Below, piece by piece: positions 18,874 through 28,335 of a stretch of 64,000 bases of DNA. The notes beneath the pieces were generated by a model. It saw only the letters and a list, made by a program, of their open reading frames with translations, did not search any database and was not told the origin of the DNA. Position 1 is the stretch's first letter; the number at the start of each line of letters is the position of its first letter. The stretch is from IMG/VR virus record IMGVR_UViG_3300025154_000064, positions 24,975-88,974 of that record. One strand, written 5' to 3'. Made by a program: the position numbers and the translations under genes. Origin of the DNA: a virus.

Positions 18874-19979
18874 ATCGCATCCCTTTCCAATTTAACCACC
18901 TTCCCCCGTTCCATAAGTTCGCGCTTCCGAGCCACTTCCATTTTGGCATATTTACGGACGGATTCGAGCCGGGCATGGTCGGTGATTTGTTGAAGGTCCG
19001 AAATTGACAGACCTTTTTCGTTTATGTATTGTGAACACGATGAATGTTTCAAGCCGGAATAGAGGTCGATGCTTTCCCCAGCATCCCGGCAGGCCTTGTG
19101 CCAAATCAGATTTAGGGAATCGTTTGTGTATCGTTTCCCTGGTGATCTGGACCTCCAATTGACGAACAAGAATGGGCTACCCAACGTTCGCGCAATTGGC
19201 GCGAAATATCGAACAAACTCAGAATGGGCCGGGATGATATGTTCGACGCCGGTTTTAGTCCGTTCAACAATCCGTCGAGCGCTTTCCGATCGACGGATAA
19301 TAAAGATTCCATTCTCACGGTCCCAATCCTCCCATTTTAAAACGCATGCCTCTGCCGGCCGGCGCAGGTGATATTTCAGCCACAAAAAGATGGCCCGGTG
19401 CTCCGCCGGGATCGCGTCAATTATTGCCATCTGGCGGTCCTCAGGCAACCAGACGATGCTTGGTTCCTGAATCTGGTAAAGCCGTTTTTCCGGGAAGGCC
19501 GGGACCTCCGGGATGCGGCGCGATTTCCATGCGTATTTCAAGCACGCATGGAGGCAATACATCGTGTTTAGTTTGCCCTTACCGGTGCGCTTTATTGAGT
19601 TGAGGAGCATCACCAAAACGTCGAACTGGATCTCGTGCAACTGGAACGGATGCGCCTTGAAAAACGGCCCCAGGTGATTCCTTATTGAATTTTCGTAATC
19701 TTTGACGGTCGCCGGCGTCAATGTGGGGCGAACAGCGTTAAGCCATTCTGTGAGGTATGGGATGACATCGGTGAACTGTTCGCCGGTGAACTTTTCAATC
19801 CGAAAAATCCCGGCCTCTTGATCGGCCTGCATGGTAGCCAGTAGTTTGCCGGCGACCTTTTTATGGTACATCCTTTCCCCGCGATAGCGAGAAATAAAAA
19901 ATGATTTCTTGCGCTTGGCATCATACCATTTTACAAACCACCACCCTGAGTCTTTACGGAAATGGATTGATCCTTTCAT
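18870..19979 (-). CDS. int: Tyrosine integrase
   Basis: N-terminal arm-binding-like MKGSIHFRKDSGWW; SAM-like domain; catalytic R (LRRPAEA), K (TKT), YSGLKH, DHARLESVRKY. ATG 19979 preferred. Confidence 0.9.
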   Translation of the reverse strand: MKGSIHFRKDSGWWFVKWYDAKRKKSFFISRYRGERMYHKKVAGKLLATMQADQEAGIFRIEKFTGEQFTDVIPYLTEWLNAVRPTLTPATVKDYENSIRNHLGPFFKAHPFQLHEIQFDVLVMLLNSIKRTGKGKLNTMYCLHACLKYAWKSRRIPEVPAFPEKRLYQIQEPSIVWLPEDRQMAIIDAIPAEHRAIFLWLKYHLRRPAEACVLKWEDWDRENGIFIIRRSESARRIVERTKTGVEHIIPAHSEFVRYFAPIARTLGSPFLFVNWRSRSPGKRYTNDSLNLIWHKACRDAGESIDLYSGLKHSSCSQYINEKGLSISDLQQITDHARLESVRKYAKMEVARKRELMERGKVVKLERDAI

Positions 19980-20229
19980 GCAGACACCCCCAGTTGTTGT
20001 TAAACCACTGGGAAGGTTACTGTATATGGTGGACTTGGTCAACATTTATTGAATTTCAATCAATCGTCAATGGTATAGTCTATAATCGCTGCGACGATAA
20101 GGCTTAAGCCAATCACAATTGTGATAAAAAAGGTCCCAGCCACAATAAAGGTGCTTGTCGCGCCAGCCTTTATCATCCACCAGCCTGAGGCACAGGCGCC
20201 GCCGGCCAGCATCGGAACAAAAAGTCTTG

Positions 20230-20535
20230 TCAGCATGCTTCCCCCTTTATAATAATGTTATGTTGGTACCAATCTTTCGCAGCATCGTAAGCCGCGTCTC
20301 TTACGATACGCTGCATGTAATCTTTATATGACCCGTGATCCTTTCTTGTTTGAGCATCCACAGCTGCCACCATGATCTCACCAAGCTTCCCCGTCTGCAA
20401 TAAACGACAGAGATGCTTTTCAGCTGTCACAGCAATGACTCTTTCGGTCTCGCCACGAATGAACTCCCGTGAAAGACCCATTTCGTTCATCAAAACATTG
20501 CGAATATCGTTTATTTGGTCCTTGTTATCTTTCAC
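20230..20535 (-). CDS. Hypothetical protein
   Basis: RBS AAAGGA, GTG start, co-oriented in operon. Confidence 0.6.
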   Translation of the reverse strand: MKDNKDQINDIRNVLMNEMGLSREFIRGETERVIAVTAEKHLCRLLQTGKLGEIMVAAVDAQTRKDHGSYKDYMQRIVRDAAYDAAKDWYQHNIIIKGEAC

Positions 20536-20668
20536 ATGTCATCCTTTCGATTGATACTTTGGACTCGCCAACAGCATAATAAGTAGCGGCCATCCGCTAT
20601 CTGATGCGTAGCAAGCCACGCCTATTGTCAAAAAATATGCCAAGAAAACTATCGTCGCCAAAACCTTG

Positions 20669-21022
20669 TTATTCATCTCGAACAATCCATTTCCCGTCTT
20701 CGTCTACAATCTCAACCCGGATGTTACCCGGGGCCATAGCCTCATCGACCCTCTGTTCAATAGTTTTCCCACCGGTAAGCTCGAAAGCTGTACGTTGCAC
20801 CCATAGCTTGAATTCAGCGGTCCTGGTGAGACGTTCAAGAGCAATCCGTTTGTTCTGGTGTTGCGATCGCTCTGAACGGCTTTCCCCGACGGCCCGGGAC
20901 GCCCGGTGAATTATCCTGACACCGGATTCGGTTTTGTTCTGGTGCTGGCCACCCGGGCCACCGGACCTGAAGGTCTGGACCTCGAAGTCCTTTTTGCTTA
21001 TCGTGAACAGGGGTTCTTTCAT
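20669..21022 (-). CDS. Class I release factor domain protein (ArfB/YaeJ-like peptidyl-tRNA hydrolase)
   Basis: [22 protein letters not shown] and [15 protein letters not shown]. Confidence 0.9.
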   Translation of the reverse strand: MKEPLFTISKKDFEVQTFRSGGPGGQHQNKTESGVRIIHRASRAVGESRSERSQHQNKRIALERLTRTAEFKLWVQRTAFELTGGKTIEQRVDEAMAPGNIRVEIVDEDGKWIVRDE

Positions 21023-21324
21023 CTTAAAATTCGCCTAAGCCTGTTAGCTCCATATTCAGCTGCAACATAGTTTGCGCAATTAGAACAATAGAAAGTTCCA
21101 TGGTTATAAGCAGACTCGTCTGTTGCGACTTTATCCTCGCATATAGAACACATTGTCGGTTGATTGGCGTTTACAGCCATCCTCAATATTTCAAATCCGT
21201 TTTCCGAAAGCCAATGGTGGAATTCCTTTGCAGTGTGAGAGCACTCTGCGTTCTGGCAAGCACCTAACTCAAAACTTAAACACTCTATATCACTACAAAA
21301 TTCATATTTTTGATATTTATTCAT
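21019..21324 (-). CDS. Cys-rich hypothetical protein (paralog of 41420..41632)
   Basis: [26 protein letters not shown]. Confidence 0.6.
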   Translation of the reverse strand: MNKYQKYEFCSDIECLSFELGACQNAECSHTAKEFHHWLSENGFEILRMAVNANQPTMCSICEDKVATDESAYNHGTFYCSNCANYVAAEYGANRLRRILR

Positions 21325-21325
21325 C

Positions 21326-21577
21326 TCAAGCCCTCGCCATCTCGCCGCCCATCTTGCTGTCTATCGCAGAGCAGTACCCTTCGCCGTCATCATCCACCGT
21401 AAAGTGGGGGCAGGCTGGCTCATCAACCAGGTTATACATCCTCGCAACCTCTGTTGGGTCACACATGCACATATTGCCGGATCCACACTCAGGACATTTG
21501 GCGTCATTGATATCCGGGAAGCCATCGAAGAGTGAGCTGCATTCCAGACAAAAAGATATTTTGTCGATCTTTTTCAT
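21326..21577 (-). CDS. Small zinc-ribbon protein
   Basis: CLEC..CPECGS; tightly packed in operon. Confidence 0.6.
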   Translation of the reverse strand: MKKIDKISFCLECSSLFDGFPDINDAKCPECGSGNMCMCDPTEVARMYNLVDEPACPHFTVDDDGEGYCSAIDSKMGGEMARA

Positions 21578-22102
21578 TTATTTAATCCCAACCGCTTCGA
21601 GCGACTTCATAATTAAACCCTTCAGGGTCGTTTCCTGATATTCCTTGATAGACTCGCTCAGTTGTTTTTTGCAGAACTGCTCTGATGACCTGGTGAAATC
21701 ATTTTTTATTCTCTCAAGCCATGCTGCCATAGACTTTTTTAATTCATGGTTTATCCACGTTTCATTGTCACCACCAGCGCAGGCTTTTATAACGTTGCCG
21801 CGAGAGTCAACCGGTGAAAGCATTTTCTCGTCTATCTGCTTTTTAATGTAATCCTCGACAGAGCCTATAAATGTAGGTTTTCCCCATCTATCGGTAATAG
21901 CGATATCCTCATTGATAAGATTCATAAGCTTAGCATCAATCGCTTTGGACACTTCCCCAACTATCGCATCAACATGGTCCTTCGATATTTTGGCGAACAC
22001 TATGTCAGAAATCTCTTTCTTGACATTTTTGGTTACGACATCTTCAAATGATCTTTCGTCAAAGATGTCGTTTGTATCAACTTCTATCTTGAGTATAGCC
22101 AT
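21578..22102 (-). CDS. Hypothetical protein
   Basis: 174 aa ORF with RBS AAGGA. Confidence 0.7.
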   Translation of the reverse strand: MAILKIEVDTNDIFDERSFEDVVTKNVKKEISDIVFAKISKDHVDAIVGEVSKAIDAKLMNLINEDIAITDRWGKPTFIGSVEDYIKKQIDEKMLSPVDSRGNVIKACAGGDNETWINHELKKSMAAWLERIKNDFTRSSEQFCKKQLSESIKEYQETTLKGLIMKSLEAVGIK

Positions 22103-22207
22103 TGTTTTGTATATCCTTTCCTTTCAGAGTGGCCCGGAATGGTGCGCTTGCAATCAACGGTACAGAGTAACCCCTGATTACAGAGGCGTCCCGGGCGCTG
22201 TTGAAAC

Positions 22208-22474
22208 TTAAGCCAAGCTTAAATTCTTGACCCTTGGCCAGTAAACTTTCCGCCGGCCACCGCGGGGACCCGCCGGTAAAGCCACCAGATAGGATTCGTG
22301 ATCGCGCGTGCATGAGTTCGGATCGACAGCATTGAAAACGAATTTCTTATCATCGAACTTGTTGCACTCGGCAAACTGGCTGCCGTCAACAGGCACGATT
22401 CCGATAACCTCGCCAGTCTTCATTGTCCCTTTTGATGCCCATTTAACCTTGTCGCCTTTTTTAAATTTCGCCAT
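22208..22474 (-). CDS. Hypothetical protein (KOW/SH3-like N-terminus)
   Basis: FKKGDKVKW...RDHESYLV...YWPRV. Confidence 0.65.
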   Translation of the reverse strand: MAKFKKGDKVKWASKGTMKTGEVIGIVPVDGSQFAECNKFDDKKFVFNAVDPNSCTRDHESYLVALPAGPRGGRRKVYWPRVKNLSLA

Positions 22475-22646
22475 TGTCTTCTTATCCTTTATGTTATTGG
22501 GTTATTGAGCTACCAATCCATTTGGTCGCTCTCATATCAAAAATGAGTGCGGGCTCTTCTTCGATGCCGTAATTTGGATACCAACCCCCAGGCATCGAGT
22601 ACTATATTCCCGGCGCCCGCCGACCGGTGAAAGGAGCGGGGGCCGG

Positions 22647-23108
22647 TTATTTCACCGGATTGTAAATTGCCTCCAGGATGGCACCGATACGCAGCATCCA
22701 CCTGGGGTCATCCTTGTTGAACTCGATCTCACTGTAAAAGTCCTCAACATCGTGAGGTTGGATCTTGAACGGATTGTCAGCGTCAACGTCTACCAGCGCG
22801 TGGCACAGCTCGTGTCGAATGATCCGGATGCGGTCCGGATCTTCGATAATGTTCCAGAGCATGCTATCCAGGCGCATGATATAGTCGTAGCCATCGGCGA
22901 CAGCTGCATCGTCTATTGACAAGAAGCGCTCGACATCGTTCGTCTTGGCCAGACTGGCTGCAGCCAGCTTCCCGGAAACGGTGCGCTTCTTGGTGTCCAT
23001 CAACGCAAGGATGTTGGCGCTAACGAGCTGGTGGAACTGAACGTCCTTACGGACCTTATCAAGAAGGTCGTAGACTGTTTGTGGTGCTGGTTCGAATCGT
23101 AGGTCCAT
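22647..23108 (-). CDS. Putative phage metallopeptidase
   Basis: IIRHELCHA (HExxH) and PHDVEDF. Confidence 0.8.
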   Translation of the reverse strand: MDLRFEPAPQTVYDLLDKVRKDVQFHQLVSANILALMDTKKRTVSGKLAAASLAKTNDVERFLSIDDAAVADGYDYIMRLDSMLWNIIEDPDRIRIIRHELCHALVDVDADNPFKIQPHDVEDFYSEIEFNKDDPRWMLRIGAILEAIYNPVK

Positions 23109-23133
23109 TGGTGTTATCCTTTCTTTTTTTGGG

Positions 23134-23298
23134 TCACTTCGCTTTCTTCTTCATTTCATCCTCGACCTCTTTCGAGTACGAGAATTTCAAAACGCTATCG
23201 ACTGCCACATCGCCCCCGCAGAACACGCAGGGCCGGTCATCTTCGTGGTCCGTTTCTCTCTTTCCTCCGCACTGCACGCATTTAAATACGTGTATCAT
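23134..23298 (-). CDS. Small zinc-ribbon protein (54 aa)
   Basis: MIHVFKCVQCG...PCVFCGG; ATG overlaps the end of the patatin gene. Confidence 0.55.
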   Translation of the reverse strand: MIHVFKCVQCGGKRETDHEDDRPCVFCGGDVAVDSVLKFSYSKEVEDEMKKKAK

Positions 23299-23968
23299 CT
23301 TCGCCAAGCCTTTCGCCGAAAAATTCCCGGGTAGATTGGACGCCTTCCCTGAAGAGTGCATCGAAAGCGTCTGCCGGCTCATCTGTAATCGGAATCTCAT
23401 CGCCTGATAGCAGGATAGTCCTACGCAAATTGTAATTAAGGATACCGTCAAGCCGGTTTCTTTTATTAAGGATGATATTTACGAGTCCATTAAGAGTGGA
23501 CGTCGCCGGGGAGACACGATCATAAAAGAAGATACCGATGGCGGGGTCACCCAGCGCGTTTAAATCAAACGCGCTGGTTAAAATGCCATCGGTGAGACCA
23601 TCATCAGTACCAAATAGGAGCGATGCGCTTTGCAGGACCGAAACCTCGGTTCCTTTTATAATGTCCAGCTGGCCGCTTTCCAGGTTCGACACGCCAACTT
23701 TTAATTTATCGATATTTTTCCCTCGAAGAGCGTTGACAAGAAACGTTGCGAAATACTTCCGGCTATATACAGGGACATCTTTTGCAAGTTTGGCAACTTC
23801 ACCCGCATTGTACCCGGCTGCCCATAATGCGCCAACAACCGAACCTGAAGATATTCCAATGATATTGTTGGCTACAAACCCTTTTTCTTCCAGCACTGAT
23901 ACAGCACCAGCGATAGCGTAGAGCGCTCTGTGACCGACCCCTTCAATTACAAAATTACACTTTGGCAT
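23282..23968 (-). CDS. Patatin-like phospholipase
   Basis: Gly-rich EGVGHRA, nucleophile motif GISSGS (GxSxG), LTDGI. Confidence 0.75.
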   Translation of the reverse strand: MPKCNFVIEGVGHRALYAIAGAVSVLEEKGFVANNIIGISSGSVVGALWAAGYNAGEVAKLAKDVPVYSRKYFATFLVNALRGKNIDKLKVGVSNLESGQLDIIKGTEVSVLQSASLLFGTDDGLTDGILTSAFDLNALGDPAIGIFFYDRVSPATSTLNGLVNIILNKRNRLDGILNYNLRRTILLSGDEIPITDEPADAFDALFREGVQSTREFFGERLGEDDTRI

Positions 23969-24012
23969 TGGTTCCCCTTTCCGAGTTGGTGTTAATGTTG
24001 ATTACGAAAACG

Positions 24013-24041
24013 GTTTTAATTCAAAATTGAAGTGCAGTCAA
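24013..24041 (-). promoter_or_regulatory. Sigma70-like promoter with an operator-like palindrome in the spacer
   Basis: TTGACT-17-TAAAAC enclosing AATTCAAAATTGAAGT (24018-24033). Confidence 0.6.
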
Positions 24042-24156
24042 GCGTAAATATACCTAAAATCAATTTTATTTTAACATGGATTTTTGAGCGTAGGGAAGGG
24101 TTGGTGCCCGGATTGGGCACCACTTTAGGTAGGTATTATTCGTTAAGTTAAATAAA

Positions 24157-24285
24157 TCAGTCTATTGATTCCATATCTCTGATTATCATTTGAAGGCGTT
24201 CTTGCGCAGCTTTGATTAATTCTACGTCACCGATGATAACAGCGTAATGCAATATTGAACTATAGTAAACAAATCTTCTATCCAT
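24157..24285 (-). CDS. Small ORF (42 aa) downstream of the repressor
   Basis: Strong RBS GGGGAGGT; MDRRFVYYSSILHYAVIIGDVELIKAAQERLQMIIRDMESID. Confidence 0.5.
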   Translation of the reverse strand: MDRRFVYYSSILHYAVIIGDVELIKAAQERLQMIIRDMESID

Positions 24286-24428
24286 TTATTACCTCCCCCA
24301 TTATAAAAAAAAGTTAATCTGTATTATCATATAGACATAAGCAATAACTGCTCCATTCTTTATGGTAAGTTAGATTTTTTTAAATTGTTGATAAATTGGA
24401 TAATATTTACTGCTGGGGGGGGGTGTAA

Positions 24429-24467
24429 AAAAAAGGCATTGTAACTTTTTGTTACAATGCCTTTTTT
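24429..24467 (-). terminator. Intrinsic terminator after the repressor (possibly bidirectional)
   Basis: AAAAAAGGCATTGTAAC-ttttt-GTTACAATGCCTTTTTT. Confidence 0.8.
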
Positions 24468-24491
24468 GCCTGGTACAAAAAGTACCAAGGG

Positions 24492-24986
24492 TCACTTTTT
24501 ACCTTTTGGCTTCTTTGCGGGTACCTTATTGAGATTTAATTGAACAGGTTTCGGCTCCGGTTTAGGACCCGGTTCAACGACATCGACTTTGTTTTCAAGC
24601 AGAAGCTTTGGCATCTTTCTAATTGTATCCTCCGCCATTTCCTTCTGGCCCATGGCGACCGAGAGATTAATCATCCTGATAAAAGGTTCAAGGTTCGGGA
24701 ACATCTTCATTGCCTTTTCATCAAGCACTACATACTCGGTTACGGTAAAGTCGTCTTCTAATAAATCCTTTATGCCAACCCCTAGGACCTCAGCGATTCT
24801 GTTAAGCTCAGCACGTGTCGGTATGCATAAATTGTTTTTAATTTTTGCTATCCTAACGTTCGAATGTTTCAGCGGCTTTCTAACTCGATGCTTAGGGTCT
24901 TCGTAAACCATTTTCCCTAATTCGGTATCATCAATCCCCTCTCTTTCCTGTAATACCATAATTCGTTCACCAAGATTTAATTTCAT
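24492..24986 (-). CDS. XRE-family HTH repressor (cI-like)
   Basis: LGERIMVLQEREGI...PTRAELNRIAEVLGVGIKDLL; divergent from a cro-like gene. Confidence 0.75.
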   Translation of the reverse strand: MKLNLGERIMVLQEREGIDDTELGKMVYEDPKHRVRKPLKHSNVRIAKIKNNLCIPTRAELNRIAEVLGVGIKDLLEDDFTVTEYVVLDEKAMKMFPNLEPFIRMINLSVAMGQKEMAEDTIRKMPKLLLENKVDVVEPGPKPEPKPVQLNLNKVPAKKPKGKK

Positions 24987-25020
24987 GCCGCACTCCCTCC
25001 AAGAGTCAAAAAATTAATAA

Positions 25021-25064
25021 AATTTCAATTTTATCTTGACCTGAATTCAAAATTGAATTATTTA
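25021..25064 (+). promoter_or_regulatory. Rightward promoter/operator of the lysis-lysogeny switch
   Basis: TTGACC at 25036; palindrome AATTCAA-AA-TTGAATT at 25044-25059; upstream half-site TTCAATTTTATC. Confidence 0.65.
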
Positions 25065-25104
25065 GGTTCAAAAATCAATTTAAACCTTCAAACAACGGTG
25101 CCAA

Positions 25105-25362
25105 ATGAACATCAACGATTACCTCGATTCAAAAAACATGACCCAAAATGATTTCGCAACCCTCATCGGCCGATCACCCAGTTATATTACAAAGTTTAAA
25201 AAGCAACTGGTTACGCCATCTCTCATAGAGGCAATTATTATTTATTTGGCATCCGATCAGCATGTCAATCTGCAAGACATGATCCCTCTTAATGTCATGA
25301 AACATCAAAACCAACCATGCAGCAAAGAATTGGCATCAGTATCATTTATAAAACATATTTGA
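25105..25362 (+). CDS. Cro-like HTH regulator
   Basis: YLDSKNMTQNDFATLIGRSPSYIT...TPSL. Confidence 0.8.
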   Translation: MNINDYLDSKNMTQNDFATLIGRSPSYITKFKKQLVTPSLIEAIIIYLASDQHVNLQDMIPLNVMKHQNQPCSKELASVSFIKHI

Positions 25363-25581
25363 ATCTAAGTCAAGTTCTTTTTTTGATTTAGATTCATTCT
25401 TTTTATCTTTTTATTGAGGTCAATAATGAAAGATCCGAAGCGCGTGAGAAGGTTAATACGCAAAACTATCCGAATTCAAATGGAAAGTTTTTTAACATCA
25501 ATATTTAACCAGCCTCTTCACGTTCGCCTGCTATTCGCTTGGCGAATTATAAGGGGTAAATTTTAATGAGAGGAAAATAAT

Positions 25582-25860
25582 ATGGCAGTGGAACTCGGGG
25601 ATGAAGTGATCGACATGGTATCGGGATTTAAGGGGATTGCGGCAGCTTGCCATAACTACCTGAACGGATGCAACCGCATATCGGTTCAACCACCTGTAGA
25701 CAATGACGGAAGGCTGCCGGAAGCGCAATCGTTCGATGAACCCCAACTCAAAGTATTAACCGCCGGCAAGGTCCAGAACTTCGCCAAAACAAAAGCCACA
25801 CCCACCGGTGGGCCTGAAAAATTTTCTGACACCCCCAAAACAACAGGAAGGAACCGTTAA
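25582..25860 (+). CDS. Conserved phage hypothetical protein
   Basis: LGDEVIDMVSGFKGIA...YLNGCNRISVQP...FDEPQL. Confidence 0.7.
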   Translation: MAVELGDEVIDMVSGFKGIAAACHNYLNGCNRISVQPPVDNDGRLPEAQSFDEPQLKVLTAGKVQNFAKTKATPTGGPEKFSDTPKTTGRNR

Positions 25861-26607
25861 ATGGAAATTCAAAAAACAAGAAAGAGCAAGCCGCCTCGCA
25901 TCCTTATACATGGCAACCACGGGCTCGGGAAAAGCTCCCTGGCAGCGGCGGCGCCGGCACCGATTTTTATCCAGACAGAGGACGGCCTCGATGAGATCGA
26001 CGCAGAGGCTTTCCCGATGGCCAAAGACTTCGACACCGTTATGTCGCAGCTCATGCAGGTCTATCAAGAACCGCATGATTACAAAACGCTCGTTATCGAC
26101 TCGATGGACTGGACCGAGCGCCTGATCAACGCGCATGTGTGTAAGGAAGGCGGCAAGGACTCGATCAGCGACTTCGGGTATGGCGCAGGTTTCCAGATCG
26201 TCTATGAACAGTTCGGCCGGATCGTCAAGGCGCTCGATATGATCCGCGAAGAGCGGAAGATGGCGATCATACTTACGGCTCACAGCCAGATCAAGCAATA
26301 TAACAATCCACTCGGCGCCGACTTCGACCGCCACCAGATCAAGTTGCGTGACAAGAACGCAGAGCTCTTCCTCGAATGGTGCGATTGCGTTGGGTACCTG
26401 CGCTTCCAGACCTACGTGAAAGAAAAGAAAGAAGGCTTCTCGACCACCACCAAGGCGACAGGCGGAAGCGACCGAGTTCTATCCTGCTACCCATCGGCGG
26501 CTTTCGTATCCAAGAATCGTTACGCAATCACTGAAGACATCGATATTCCAGACCCGGCCACCGGCTGGGACAACCTCATCAAAGCGATCAAGGGAGAAAA
26601 ATCATGA
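25861..26607 (+). CDS. Sak4-like ssDNA-annealing ATPase (AAA_24)
   Basis: GNHGLGKS, TEDG, TLVIDSMDW, GYGAG, TAH, SKNRY. Confidence 0.9.
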   Translation: MEIQKTRKSKPPRILIHGNHGLGKSSLAAAAPAPIFIQTEDGLDEIDAEAFPMAKDFDTVMSQLMQVYQEPHDYKTLVIDSMDWTERLINAHVCKEGGKDSISDFGYGAGFQIVYEQFGRIVKALDMIREERKMAIILTAHSQIKQYNNPLGADFDRHQIKLRDKNAELFLEWCDCVGYLRFQTYVKEKKEGFSTTTKATGGSDRVLSCYPSAAFVSKNRYAITEDIDIPDPATGWDNLIKAIKGEKS

Positions 26608-27113
26608 GCGAGAATTTTACAATCAACATCGAAAAAGAAGCGGCAGAGTTTAAAGGTGAATTTAAGGTACTTCCCCCTGGGTGGAAGAAGGTTGTCATCC
26701 TGAGCGGTGACATGGTGGCTACAAAAGGGAACAACGGAGAGATGCTGGTCCTTACATACGAGTGTCAGGAAGGAAAGGTCTCTGACCGGCTGAACATCTT
26801 CAATTCGTCAGAGGTCGCTCAGAAAATCGGCCGGCAGGCGCTGGCAAAGATCTGTGAAAGCGTCGGCCTTACCGGGAACTTTTCGCTGAAAGATATTCCG
26901 AAACTTTTCGGCCGCTACATGGACATCGAACTGGGAGTCGAAAAGTTCAAGTCGAACAAGGCCGATGCCAATGGACACTTTAAGGACCTGCAATCCAACA
27001 AGGTTAAAAACTACGCCAAAGCCGACACCAAATCTGTGAACGCGCCGCCTGCACCACCGGCTGGGACCGAAGCTTCCGGAAGCCAACCCGACGAGAAAAA
27101 ACTACCCTGGTAA
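26604..27113 (+). CDS. ssDNA-binding protein (DUF669-like)
   Basis: FKVLPPGW..TKGNNGEMLVL..DRLNI; C-terminal LPW tail; follows Sak4. Confidence 0.8.
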   Translation: MSENFTINIEKEAAEFKGEFKVLPPGWKKVVILSGDMVATKGNNGEMLVLTYECQEGKVSDRLNIFNSSEVAQKIGRQALAKICESVGLTGNFSLKDIPKLFGRYMDIELGVEKFKSNKADANGHFKDLQSNKVKNYAKADTKSVNAPPAPPAGTEASGSQPDEKKLPW

Positions 27114-27117
27114 GGAG

Positions 27118-27510
27118 GTGGCCATGAATGAAATCGAAAGCGCAATTGTCCGCGGCGCCGAACTGAAAATCCAGATCGACAACATGACGGAAGAGCTTCG
27201 CAAGATCAACGTCTTCCTTTCGGAGAATGCCGCCTATAAACCTGGTAGCAAAACCGGCCACCTTGATGCGCATGGTATCAAGGTGGATGTCACCCTGAAG
27301 GACAACGTGAAATACGATCAGGAGAAGCTGATCACTGTCCAACAGCACTTCGAATTTTTCCCGAACGTGTTCAAGTCCGAATGGAAGCCGGTCGCCAAGG
27401 CGCTCACCGAGGCCATGGCTGGCAACGATGAGTTTCGAAAAGCCATCGAGTGGTCACGAACTGTTACACCCGGGGCGCCGCAGGTCAAGTACACGAAGAT
27501 TGAGGAATAG
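27118..27510 (+). CDS. Hypothetical protein of the recombination module
   Basis: RBS AAGGAGG; 130 aa ORF. Confidence 0.7.
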   Translation: MAMNEIESAIVRGAELKIQIDNMTEELRKINVFLSENAAYKPGSKTGHLDAHGIKVDVTLKDNVKYDQEKLITVQQHFEFFPNVFKSEWKPVAKALTEAMAGNDEFRKAIEWSRTVTPGAPQVKYTKIEE

Positions 27511-27585
27511 ACCGTCGCCGCAACCTTGGGAGGGGAACCCGGCGATGTCACACCCCATGGGTCATTGCGGCCCATGGGGTTTACC

Positions 27586-28335
27586 ATGAAAGGACTTGAA
27601 GTGATTAATATCGACTACGGTGACAACGACGCCACCAGCGCTAAAGCAATCGACGCTTACCTTGAATCTACCCAGACGTATCGTGACTGGCTGGGACTTA
27701 GCGCCATTGGCCATAAGTGCCCGAGGTACATGTGGTACCAGGCACGCGGAATGCAAAATCAGACCGAACCAAAGCAGGCCAGGCTGCTTCGGACCTTCGC
27801 ATTCGGCAACGCAATTGAAGATCTGCTCGCGCTATGGCTGAAAGGCGCCGGTTTCGAGCTTACATGTCAGCAATGGAAAGTGAAGTTTACTCGCGGCGAT
27901 AGCGTCCTGCAGGGTTCCATCGACGGGAAGATATCCGGCCTGCTGGAAGCGCCTGCAACCACTCATTTGTGGGAATGTAAGTCAATGAAGAACGCGAGTT
28001 TCAACAAACTGCTGAAGTCCGGGTATGAAGCCTACGATGAAAAATATCGGACGCAGATCCATTGCTACGCGCATGGACTCGGATTATCTCGAATCTATGT
28101 TACTGTTTTGAATAAGGATACAAGCCAGATCTACACGGAGCGCATCCGGACCGATGCTGAATTCGCCGAATCCCAGCTCAATCGTGCTTTCGACATTGTT
28201 GAACTTAAACATCCCCCCGATGGTAGCTGCCCAAACAGTAGCTGGTATGAAGCGAAGTGGTGCGACTATCGTGAGTTCTGCTTTGGTGGCCGGCGTGCTG
28301 TGGTCCAGAAGAAAAAGGGGGACGTGCCTTGGTAG
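27586..28335 (+). CDS. Cas4-like PD-(D/E)XK exonuclease
   Basis: LGLSAIGHKCPR, GSIDG, WECKS, QIHCY and terminal C..WCDYREFC (Fe-S-type Cys pattern). Start uncertain. Confidence 0.85.
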   Translation: MKGLEVINIDYGDNDATSAKAIDAYLESTQTYRDWLGLSAIGHKCPRYMWYQARGMQNQTEPKQARLLRTFAFGNAIEDLLALWLKGAGFELTCQQWKVKFTRGDSVLQGSIDGKISGLLEAPATTHLWECKSMKNASFNKLLKSGYEAYDEKYRTQIHCYAHGLGLSRIYVTVLNKDTSQIYTERIRTDAEFAESQLNRAFDIVELKHPPDGSCPNSSWYEAKWCDYREFCFGGRRAVVQKKKGDVPW

